Part shown: one piece after another, positions 1-11,600 of the stretch
Layout: every line of letters starts with the position of its first letter
Numbering within the stretch: position 1 is the first letter of the stretch
Assembly: GCA_965644315.1 (NCBI GenBank)
Contig: CBFFRQ010000188.1
Location: 1-26,684 of the forward strand
Direction: 5' to 3'
Source: Caecitellus pseudoparvulus
Taxonomy: Eukaryota; Protista; Bigyra: Bicosoecida
DNA length: 26,684 nt
Translations under genes and position numbers: made by a program
The notes under the pieces: generated by a model
The model's input: the letters and a program-made list of their open reading frames with translations, nothing else
Told to the model about the DNA's origin: nothing
The model's database searches: none

Positions 1-3000
1 TAACCCTAACCCTAACACTAACCCTAACCCTAACCCTAACCCTAACCCTAACCCTAACCCTAACCCTAACCCTAACCCTAACCCTAACCCTAACCCTAAC
101 CCTAACCCTAACCCTAACCCTAACCCTAACCCTAACCCTAACCCTAACCCTAACCCTAACCCTAACCCTAACCCTAACCCTAACCCTAACCCTAACCCTA
201 ACCCTAACCCTAACCCTAACCCTAACCCTAACCCTAACCCTAACCCTAACCCTAACCCTAACCCTAACCCTAACCCTAACCCTAACCCTAACCCTAACCC
301 TAACCCTAACCCTAACCCTAACCCTAACCCTAACCCTAACCCTAACCCTAACCCTAACCCTAACCCTAACCCTAACCCTAACCCTAACCCTAACCCTAAC
401 CCTAACCCTAACCCTAACCCTAACCCTAACCCTAACCCTAACCCTAACCCTAACCCTAACCCTAACCCTAACCCTAACCCTAACCCTAACCCTAACCCTA
501 ACCCTAACCCTAACCCTAACCCTAACCCTAACCCTAACCCTAACCCTAACCCTAACCCTAACCCTAACCCTAACCCTAACCCTAACCCTAACCCTAACCC
601 TAACCCTAACCCTAACCCTAACCCTAACCCTAACCCTAACCCTAACCCTAACCCTAACCCTAACCCTAACCCTAACCCTAACCCTAACCCTAACCCTAAC
701 CCTAACCCTAACCCTAACCCTAACCCTAACCCTAACCCTAACCCTAACCCTAACCCTAACCCTAACCCTAACCCTAACCCTAACCCTAACCCTAACCCTA
801 ACCCTAACCCTAACCCTAACCCTAACCCTAACCCTAACCCTAACCCTAACCCTAACCCTAACCCTAACCCTAACCCTAACCCTAACCCTAACCCTAACCC
901 TAACCCTAACCCTAACCCTAACCCAAACCCTAACCCTAACCCTAACCCTAACCCTAACCCTAACCCTAACCCTAACCCTAACCCTAACCCTAACCCTAAC
1001 CCTAACCCTAACCCTAACCCTAACCCTAACCCTAACCCTAACCCTAACCCTAACCCTAACCCTAACCCTAACCCTAACCCTAACCCTAACCCTAACCCTA
1101 ACCCTAACCCTAACCCTAACCCTAACCCTAACCCTAACCCTAACCCTAACCCTAACCCTAACCCTAACCCTAACCCTAACCCTAACCCTAACCCTAACCC
1201 TAACCCTAACCCTAACCCTAACCCTAACCCTAACCCTAACCCTAACCCTAACCCTAACCCTAACCCTAACCCTAACCCTAACCCTAACCCTAACCCTAAC
1301 CCTAACCCTAACCCTAACCCTAACCCTAACCCTAACCCTAACCCTAACCCTAACCCTAACCCTAACCCTAACCCTAACCCTAACCCTAACCCTAACCCTA
1401 ACCCTAACCCTAACCCTAACCCTAACCCTAACCCTAACCCTAACCCTAACCCTAACCCTAACCCTAACCCTAACCCTAACCCTAACCCTAACCCTAACCC
1501 TAACCCTAACCCTAACCCTAACCCTAACCCTAACCCTAACCCTAACCCTAACCCTAACCCTAACCCTAACCCTAACCCTAACCCTAACCCTAACCCTAAC
1601 CCTAACCCTAACCCTAACCCTAACCCTAACCCTAACCCTAACCCTAACCCTAACCCTAACCCTAACCCTAACCCTAACCCTAACCCTAACCCTAACCCTA
1701 ACCCTAACCCTAACCCTAACCCTAACCCTAACCCTAACCCTAACCCTAACCCTAACCCTAACCCTAACCCTAACCCTAACCCTAACCCTAACCCTAACCC
1801 TAACCCTAACCCTAACCCTAACCCTAACCCTAACCCTAACCCTAACCCTAACCCTAACCCTAACCCTAACCCTAACCCTAACCCTAACCCTAACCCTAAC
1901 CCTAACCCTAACCCTAACCCTAACCCTAACCCTAACCCTAACCCTAACCCTAACCCTAACCCTAACCCTAACCCTAACCCTAACCCTAACCCTAACCCTA
2001 ACCCTAACCCTAACCCTAACCCTAACCCTAACCCTAACCCTAACCCTAACCCTAACCCTAACCCTAACCCTAACCCTAACCCTAACCCTAACCCTAACCC
2101 TAACCCTAACCCTAACCCTAACCCTAACCCTAACCCTAACCCTAACCCTAACCCTAACCCTAACCCTAACCCTAACCCTAACCCTAACCCTAACCCTAAC
2201 CCTAACCCTAACCCTAACCCTAACCCTAACCCTAACCCTAACCCTAACCCTAACCCTAACCCTAACCCTAACCCTAACCCTAACCCTAACCCTAACCCTA
2301 ACCCTAACCCTAACCCTAACCCTAACCCTAACCCTAACCCTAACCCTAACCCTAACCCTAACCCTAACCCTAACCCTAACCCTAACCCTAACCCTAACCC
2401 TAACCCTAACCCTAACCCTAACCCTAACCCTAACCCTAACCCTAACCCTAACCCTAACCCTAACCCTAACCCTAACCCTAACCCTAACCCTAACCCTAAC
2501 CCTAACCCTAACCCTAACCCTAACCCTAACCCTAACCCTAACCCTAACCCTAACCCTAACCCTAACCCTAACCCTAACCCTAACCCTAACCCTAACCCTA
2601 ACCCTAACCCTAACCCTAACCCTAACCCTAACCCTAACCCTAACCCTAACCCTAACCCTAACCCTAACCCTAACCCTAACCCTAACCCTAACCCTAACCC
2701 TAACCCTAACCCTAACCCTAACCCTAACCCTAACCCTAACCCTAACCCTAACCCTAACCCTAACCCTAACCCTAACCCTAACCCTAACCCTAACCCTAAC
2801 CCTAACCCTAACCCTAACCCTAACCCTAACCCTAACCCTAACCCTAACCCTAACCCTAACCCTAACCCTAACCCTAACCCTAACCCTAACCCTAACCCTA
2901 ACCCTAACCCTAACCCTAACCCTAACCCTAACCCTAACCCTAACCCTAACCCTAACCCTAACCCTAACCCTAACCCTAACCCTAACCCTAACCCTAACCC

Positions 3001-5627
3001 TAACCCTAACCCTAACCCTAACCCTAACCCTAACCCTAACCCTAACCCTAACCCTAACCCTAACCCTAACCCTAACCCTAACCCTAACCCTAACCCTAAC
3101 CCTAACCCTAACCCTAACCCTAACCCTAACCCTAACCCTAACCCTAACCCTAACCCTAACCCTAACCCTAACCCTAACCCTAACCCTAACCCTAACCCTA
3201 ACCCTAACCCTAACCCTAACCCTAACCCTAACCCTAACCCTAACCCTAACCCTAACCCTAACCCTAACCCTAACCCTAACCCTAACCCTAACCCTAACCC
3301 TAACCCTAACCCTAACCCTAACCCTAACCCTAACCCTAACCCTAACCCTAACCCTAACCCTAACCCTAACCCTAACCCTAACCCTAACCCTAACCCTAAC
3401 CCTAACCCTAACCCTAACCCTAACCCTAACCCTAACCCTAACCCTAACCCTAACCCTAACCCTAACCCTAACCCTAACCCTAACCCTAACCCTAACCCTA
3501 ACCCTAACCCTAACCCTAACCCTAACCCTAACCCTAACCCTAACCCTAACCCTAACCCTAACCCTAACCCTAACCCTAACCCTAACCCTAACCCTAACCC
3601 TAACCCTAACCCTAACCCTAACCCTAACCCTAACCCTAACCCTAACCCTAACCCTAACCCTAACCCTAACCCTAACCCTAACCCTAACCCTAACCCTAAC
3701 CCTAACCCTAACCCTAACCCTAACCCTAACCCTAACCCTAACCCTAACCCTAACCCTAACCCTAACCCTAACCCTAACCCTAACCCTAACCCTAACCCTA
3801 ACCCTAACCCTAACCCTAACCCTAACCCTAACCCTAACCCTAACCCTAACCCTAACCCTAACCCTAACCCTAACCCTAACCCTAACCCTAACCCTAACCC
3901 TAACCCTAACCCTAACCCTAACCCTAACCCTAACCCTAACCCTAACCCTAACCCTAACCCTAACCCTAACCCTAACCCTAACCCTAACCCTAACCCTAAC
4001 CCTAACCCTAACCCTAACCCTAACCCTAACCCTAACCCTAACCCTAACCCTAACCCTAACCCTAACCCTAACCCTAACCCTAACCCTAACCCTAACCCTA
4101 ACCCTAACCCTAACCCTAACCCTAACCCTAACCCTAACCCTAACCCTAACCCTAACCCTAACCCTAACCCTAACCCTAACCCTAACCCTAACCCTAACCC
4201 TAACCCTAACCCTAACCCTAACCCTAACCCTAACCCTAACCCTAACCCTAACCCTAACCCTAACCCTAACCCTAACCCTAACCCTAACCCTAACCCTAAC
4301 CCTAACCCTAACCCTAACCCTAACCCTAACCCTAACCCTAACCCTAACCCTAACCCTAACCCTAACCCTAACCCTAACCCTAACCCTAACCCTAACCCTA
4401 ACCCTAACCCTAACCCTAACCCTAACCCTAACCCTAACCCTAACCCTAACCCTAACCCTAACCCTAACCCTAACCCTAACCCTAACCCTAACCCTAACCC
4501 TAACCCTAACCCTAACCCTAACCCTAACCCTAACCCTAACCCTAACCCTAACCCTAACCCTAACCCTAACCCTAACCCTAACCCTAACCCTAACCCTAAC
4601 CCTAACCCTAACCCTAACCCTAACCCTAACCCTAACCCTAACCCTAACCCTAACCCTAACCCTAACCCTAACCCTAACCCTAACCCTAACCCTAACCCTA
4701 ACCCTAACCCTAACCCTAACCCTAACCCTAACCCTAACCCTAACCCTAACCCTAACCCTAACCCTAACCCTAACCCTAACCCTAACCCTAACCCTAACCC
4801 TAACCCTAACCCTAACCCTAACCCTAACCCTAACCCTAACCCTAACCCTAACCCTAACCCTAACCCTAACCCTAACCCTAACCCTAACCCTAACCCTAAC
4901 CCTAACCCTAACCCTAACCCTAACCCTAACCCTAACCCTAACCCTAACCCTAACCCTAACCCTAACCCTAACCCTAACCCTAACCCTAACCCTAACCCTA
5001 ACCCTAACCCTAACCCTAACCCTAACCCTAACCCTAACCCTAACCCTAACCCTAACCCTAACCCTAACCCTAACCCTAACCCTAACCCTAACCCTAACCC
5101 TAACCCTAACCCTAACCCTAACCCTAACCCTAACCCTAACCCTAACCCTAACCCTAACCCTAACCCTAACCCTAACCCTAACCCTAACCCTAACCCTAAC
5201 CCTAACCCTAACCCTAACCCTAACCCTAACCCTAACCCTAACCCTAACCCTAACCCTAACCCTAACCCTAACCCTAACCCTAACCCTAACCCTAACCCTA
5301 ACCCTAACCCTAACCCTAACCCTAACCCTAACCCTAACCCTAACCCTAACCCTAACCCTAACCCTAACCCTAACCCTAACCCTAACCCTAACCCTAACCC
5401 TAACCCTAACCCTAACCCTAACCCTAACCCTAACCCTAACCCTAACCCTAACCCTAACCCTAACCCTAACCCTAACCCTAACCCTAACCCTAACCCTAAC
5501 CCTAACCCTAACCCTAACCCTAACCCTAACCCTAACCCTAACCCTAACCCTAACCCTAACCCTAACCCTAACCCTAACCCTAACCCTAACCCTAACCCTA
5601 ACCCTAACCCTAACCCTAACCCTAACC
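1..5627 (+). repeat. Telomeric repeat tract (TAACCC)n / (TTAGGG)n, about 938 units, left chromosome end
   Basis: Continuous TAACCC hexamers from base 1. Only two variant units are visible (TAACAC, A at 17; AAACCC, A at 925). The tract ends as a partial unit TAACC at 5623-5627. C-rich strand at the 5' end is the expected orientation for a chromosome terminus. Confidence 0.99.
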
Positions 5628-8600
5628 TCGACGTCGAAAGACGCCACTCCAGCTCCATCTCCACTCACCACAAGCACGCAGTCAAAACCTTGCACAGCCT
5701 CAAAGTCGCCTTCATCAAGCTGCACAACTACCGTCAGTGTGCCCACCAATGTGGTCGCATCCCTACTGAACTCTTGCTCTGACATGCTGATTGAGATTCC
5801 TGACGCAGTGCCGGAAACACTGACAGAGGTTGCACTCAACACATCTGCAGCATCAACATCAGTCACATACAGCGTAAAATTACCCGGCAAGGATTCATCA
5901 GTAGCCTCTGCCACCGAGGCGATGGTGGACACAATCTGCGAAACCTCGTTCACGTCAAACACCTTCACGCTGAACACATGCTCCACATCCCCCACCGCCT
6001 CGCTCGACACCGGCCACACGTCACGACCGCGCACCGTCATCGTGATCACGCCGCCAGCCGGCAGCATCACGTCCTCCGCATCCAGCGACTTGGACCCCAC
6101 AGACCGATACACGATGTGTGCGTAGTTCGCACCGTCACCGCTTGCTGTCGACGCCTCCAGCGTGAACAGCTCCCCGAAGTACGCTGGCGACACACTCAAA
6201 CTCAACGACTGCAAGGCGTCGCCCACGTCACCGTCCTCGTCGAAGAACGCCACGACAGCGCTCTCGCTCCCGATGCCTGTCGCGCTGCCGTCTGCGATGT
6301 GCGACACGATTGTGCCATCAGCCGCGTTCTCCTCGATGCCAGCGTGGCTCCCCGTGCCCACCAGCGCAGGCGGGTCGTTCCTGTCCACCACCTGCACAGT
6401 CACACTGCCCGTGTCGGTGGTCGTGCCGTCCGACACCGTCACTGGCACAGACCAGCTGGCCGCGGGATCAGACGCCTCAAAGTCCAAGGCGCTCGCCATG
6501 ATGCTGCTCCCAGATGCGATGCGCAGCACAGCGCCAGAGAAGTCCCAGTCGCTGTCTGTCGAGCTAAACACCAAGCTGCTCGCCGCAGTGTCCACGTCAG
6601 CGGCAGGCACACTGCCCACAGCCAACGGGAACGACACGTCTGGGCTCCGGGACCAGCTCCCACGGCTGCCGCTCACAGCACCCGACACAGCCTCAGGCAC
6701 ATCCAACACCACACCCACGCCCAGCGTCGGCGCCTCGTCCACTCCAATGATGTCCACCGTCACAGTCACGACACGCGTGCTGGCCAGCACACCCGCCGGC
6801 TTCACCTCCTTCACCCGCACCGCAAACGTGTAGCTGTTGGGCTGGCTGTCCTCCGCGTCAAACATCACCAGTGTCTTCACCACCACGTCACTCCCTGACA
6901 CATCCACCACGAACCGTGACACGTCGGACCCCAGCACCTCCACGCTCTCCACTGCGTCACCGTCATCGTCGCTAAAGTACAAGTGACCCACCTCGGTACC
7001 AGCAGGCTCCTCCTCCAGCACTGCCAAGCTCACACTGGACGTCACACTGCCACCCGCACCAGTCAACAGGAACGGCGCCTTCTGGATGTCCGTCACATCC
7101 ACCACAAACCCCACCGTCACCGTCTCCTCCGTGCCCGTGTCGCCAGACACGCCCGTCGTGATCACCAAGTCAAACGTGTGCGCCGCTGCCTCCTCGTAGT
7201 TCAACAACGGAGCCGTGCCCTCGTTCGTGCTCACAGTGATCACGCAGCTGCTGCTGCCGGGTGTCACCTCCAAGTCAAAGAAGCTGTTTGCACCACCCGT
7301 GCCGGGCACAGGCGCCTCCCCCACCAACTTGGCAGACAGAATCGTGTGTGCCGCACTGCCAAAATCGACACTGTCGCCATCCACCACGTCGCTCTCGCCC
7401 ACACAGAACACCACCTGTGACACTGCCTCCTCACGCACGTTCGCCACAGCCCCACCGCTCTGCAGGAACTCAGCCGTCACAGACGGCGCCTCGCTCCGGT
7501 CTGTCACCGACACGCTGCATGCCGCTGTCGACACGCTCACGTCCACACCCGCCTCCCCAGTGCCCACAAACGACACAGCACAGTCCAGCGTGTACGGGTC
7601 ACTCCCAGCATTCGACAGGTCCACGCCTGCACTCCACACCTGCCACGCAGATGCATCGCTGTCCCACGCCACACTCAGGTACTCGCTGGCCACACTGGCA
7701 GACACGCCAGCAGCCGGCGACACGCCACTCTCGGGATCCGTCAACGTCACCGTGCCCACCATCTGGGGCACGAACGCCCCCGACGCGTCACGGGCATCCT
7801 CCGCCAGCTCCGTGACGCGCCCGGCGTCGTACGCAGCAGCAGTGGCCACCTCGTTCACTGGCGTCATCGTCACTTCCAACAAGAATGGCGTGTCCATAGG
7901 CGTACCCCAGTCGTCTGTGATCACCAAGGCCGCAGTGAACGTGGCACCCTCCTCAAAATCACCTGCATCCAGCGTCACAGTCACTGTCAGAGTGCCGGGT
8001 GTACCAGCGACAGCTGCAGTGTACGAAGATGCCACGTGGCTCAAGGTCACGCGCAAAGTATCAGGCGCGTTCACGTCCAGGCTCTTCACGCTCAGCGTGT
8101 GGCCGACGTCCACATCCCGCACGGTCACGGCAAATGACGCAGGCGCCGCTCCAACCGCTGACTCTGCAATCGTTGCACTGAGCCCCGATGCTGTCGGCTC
8201 CTCGTTCACGTCAAACACCTTCACGCTGAACACATGCTCCACATCCCCCACCGCCTCGCTCGACACCGGCCACACGTCACGACCGCGCACCGTCATCGTG
8301 ATCACGCCGCCAGCCGGCAGCATCACGTCCTCCGCATCCAGCGACTTGGACCCCACAGACCGATACACGATGTGTGCGTAGTTCGCACCGTCACCGCTTG
8401 CTGTCGACGCCTCCAGCGTGAACAGCTCCCCGAAGTACGCTGGCGACACACTCAAACTCAACGACTGCAAGGCGTCGCCCACGTCACCGTCCTCGTCGAA
8501 GAACGCCACGACAGCGCTCTCGCTCCCGATGCCTGTCGCGCTGCCGTCTGCGATGTGCGACACGATTGTGCCATCAGCCGCGTTCTCCTCGATGCCAGCG

Positions 8601-11600
8601 TGGCTCCCCGTGCCCACCAGCGCAGGCGGGTCGTTCCTGTCCACCACCTGCACAGTCACACTGCCCGTGTCGGTGGTCGTGCCGTCCGACACCGTCACTG
8701 GCACAGACCAGCTGGCCGCGGGATCAGACGCCTCAAAGTCCAAGGCGCTCGCCATGATGCTGCTCCCAGATGCGATGCGCAGCACAGCGCCAGAGAAGTC
8801 CCAGTCGCTGTCTGTCGAGCTAAACACTAGAGTACCAACGCCAGCGTCTGCATCCTCAACTGGAACTGGCGCAATCGAGAGCGGGAACGACACGTCTGGG
8901 CTCCGGGACCAGCTCCCACGGCTGCCGCTCACAGCACCCGACACAGCCTCAGGCACATCCAACACCACACCCACGCCCAGCGTCGGCGCCTCGTCCACTC
9001 CAATGATGTCCACCGTCACAGTCACGACACGCGTGCTGGCCAGCACACCCGCCGGCTTCACCTCCTTCACCCGCACCGCAAACGTGTAGCTGTTGGGCTG
9101 GCTGTCCTCCGCGTCAAACATCACCAGTGTCTTCACCACCACGTCACTCCCTGACACATCCACCACGAACCGTGACACGTCGGACCCCAGCACCTCCACG
9201 CTCTCCACTGCGTCACCGTCATCGTCGCTAAAGTACAAGTGACCCACCTCGGTACCAGCAGGCTCCTCCTCCAGCACTGCCAAGCTCACACTGGACGTCA
9301 CACTGCCACCCGCACCAGTCAACAGGAACGGCGCCTTCTGGATGTCCGTCACATCCACCACAAACCCCACCGTCACCGTCTCCTCCGTGCCCGTGTCGCC
9401 AGACACGCCCGTCGTGATCACCAAGTCAAACGTGTGCGCCGCTGCCTCCTCGTAGTTCAACAACGGAGCCGTGCCCTCGTTCGTGCTCACAGTGATCACG
9501 CAGCTGCTGCTGCCGGGTGTCACCTCCAAGTCAAAGAAGCTGTTTGCACCACCCGTGCCGGGCACAGGCGCCTCCCCCACCAACTTGGCAGACAGAATCG
9601 TGTGTGCCGCACTGCCAAAATCGACACTGTCGCCATCCACCACGTCGCTCTCGCCCACACAGAACACCACCTGTGACACTGCCTCCTCGCGCACGTTCGC
9701 CACAGCCCCACCGCTCTGCAGGAACTCAGCCGTCACAGACGGCGCCTCGCTCCGGTCTGTCACCGACACGCTGCATGCCGCTGTCGACACGCTCACGTCC
9801 ACACCCGCCTCCCCAGTGCCCACAAACGACACAGCACAGTCCAGCGTGTACGGGTCACTCCCAGCATTCGACAGGTCCACGCCTGCACTCCACACCTGCC
9901 ACGCAGATGCATCGCTGTCCCACGCCACACTCAGGTACTCGCTGGCCACACTGGCAGACACGCCAGCAGCCGGCGACACGCCACTCTCGGGATCCGTCAA
10001 CGTCACCGTGCCCACCATCTGGGGCACGAACGCCCCCGACGCGTCACGGGCATCCTCCGCCAGCTCCGTGACGCGCCCGGCGTCGTACGCAGCAGCAGTG
10101 GCCACCTCGTTCACTGGCGTCATCGTCACTTCCAACAAGAATGGCGTGTCCATAGGCGTACCCCAGTCGTCTGTGATCACCAAGGCCGCAGTGAACGTGG
10201 CACCCTCCTCAAAATCACCTGCATCCAGCGTCACAGTCACTGTCAGAGTGCCGGGTGTACCAGCGACAGCTGCAGTGTACGAAGATGCCACGTGGCTCAA
10301 GGTCACGCGCAAAGTATCAGGCGCGTTCACGTCCAGGCTCTTCACGCTCAGCGTGTGGCCGACGTCCACATCCCGCACGGTCACGGCAAATGACGCAGGC
10401 GCCGCTCCAACCGCTGACTCTGCAATCGTTGCACTGAGCCCCGATGCTGTCGGCTCCTCGTTCACGTCAAACACCTTCACGCTGAACACATGCTCCACAT
10501 CCCCCACCGCCTCGCTCGACACCGGCCACACGTCACGACCGCGCACCGTCATCGTGATCACGCCGCCAGCCGGCAGCATCACGTCCTCCGCATCCAGCGA
10601 CTTGGACCCCACAGACCGATACACGATGTGTGCGTAGTTCGCACCGTCACCGCTTGCTGTCGACGCCTCCAGCGTGAACAGCTCCCCGAAGTACGCTGGC
10701 GACACACTCAAACTCAACGACTGCAAGGCGTCGCCCACGTCACCGTCCTCGTCGAAGAACGCCACGACAGCGCTCTCGCTCCCGATGCCTGTCGCGCTGC
10801 CGTCTGCGATGTGCGACACGATTGTGCCATCAGCCGCGTTCTCCTCGATGCCAGCGTGGCTCCCCGTGCCCACCAGCGCAGGCGGGTCGTTCCTGTCCAC
10901 CACCTGCACAGTCACACTGCCCGTGTCGGTGGTCGTGCCGTCCGACACCGTCACTGGCACAGACCAGCTGGCCGCGGGATCAGACGCCTCAAAGTCCAAG
11001 GCGCTCGCCATGATGCTGCTCCCAGATGCGATGCGCAACACAGCGCCAGAGAAGTCCCAGTCGCTGTCTGTCGAGCTAAACACCAAGCTGCTCGCCGCAG
11101 TGTCCACGTCAGCGGCAGGCACACTGCCCACAGCCAACGGGAACGACACGTCTGGGCTCCGGGACCAGCTCCCACGGCTGCCGCTCACAGCACCCGACAC
11201 AGCCTCAGGCACATCCAACACCACACCCACGCCCAGCGTCGGCGCCTCGTCCACTCCAATGATGTCCACCGTCACAGTCACGACACGCGTGCTGGCCAGC
11301 ACACCCGCCGGCTTCACCTCCTTCACCCGCACCGCAAACGTGTAGCTGTTGGGCTGGCTGTCCTCCGCGTCAAACATCACCAGTGTCTTCACCACCACGT
11401 CACTCCCTGACACATCCACCACGAACCGTGACACGTCGGACCCCAGCACCTCCACGCTCTCCACTGCGTCATCGTCATCGTCGCTAAAGTACAAGTGACC
11501 CACCTCGGTACCAGCAGGCTCCTCCTCCAGCACTGCCAAGCTCACACTGGACGTCACACTGCCACCCGCACCAGTCAACAGGAACGGCGCCTTCTGGATG

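Noticed and set aside
13-930. Variant telomere units TAACAC (13-18) and AAACCC (925-930)
   Set aside because: Isolated single substitutions in the distal tract, most simply explained by sequencing error or telomerase misincorporation. There is no pattern.
5628-5637. Palindrome TCGACGTCGA as a specific breakage signal on its own
   Set aside because: The same 10-mer occurs at 25654-25663 with no break and arises naturally from x-Asp-Val-Glu codons. It is kept only as a side note in the junction finding.
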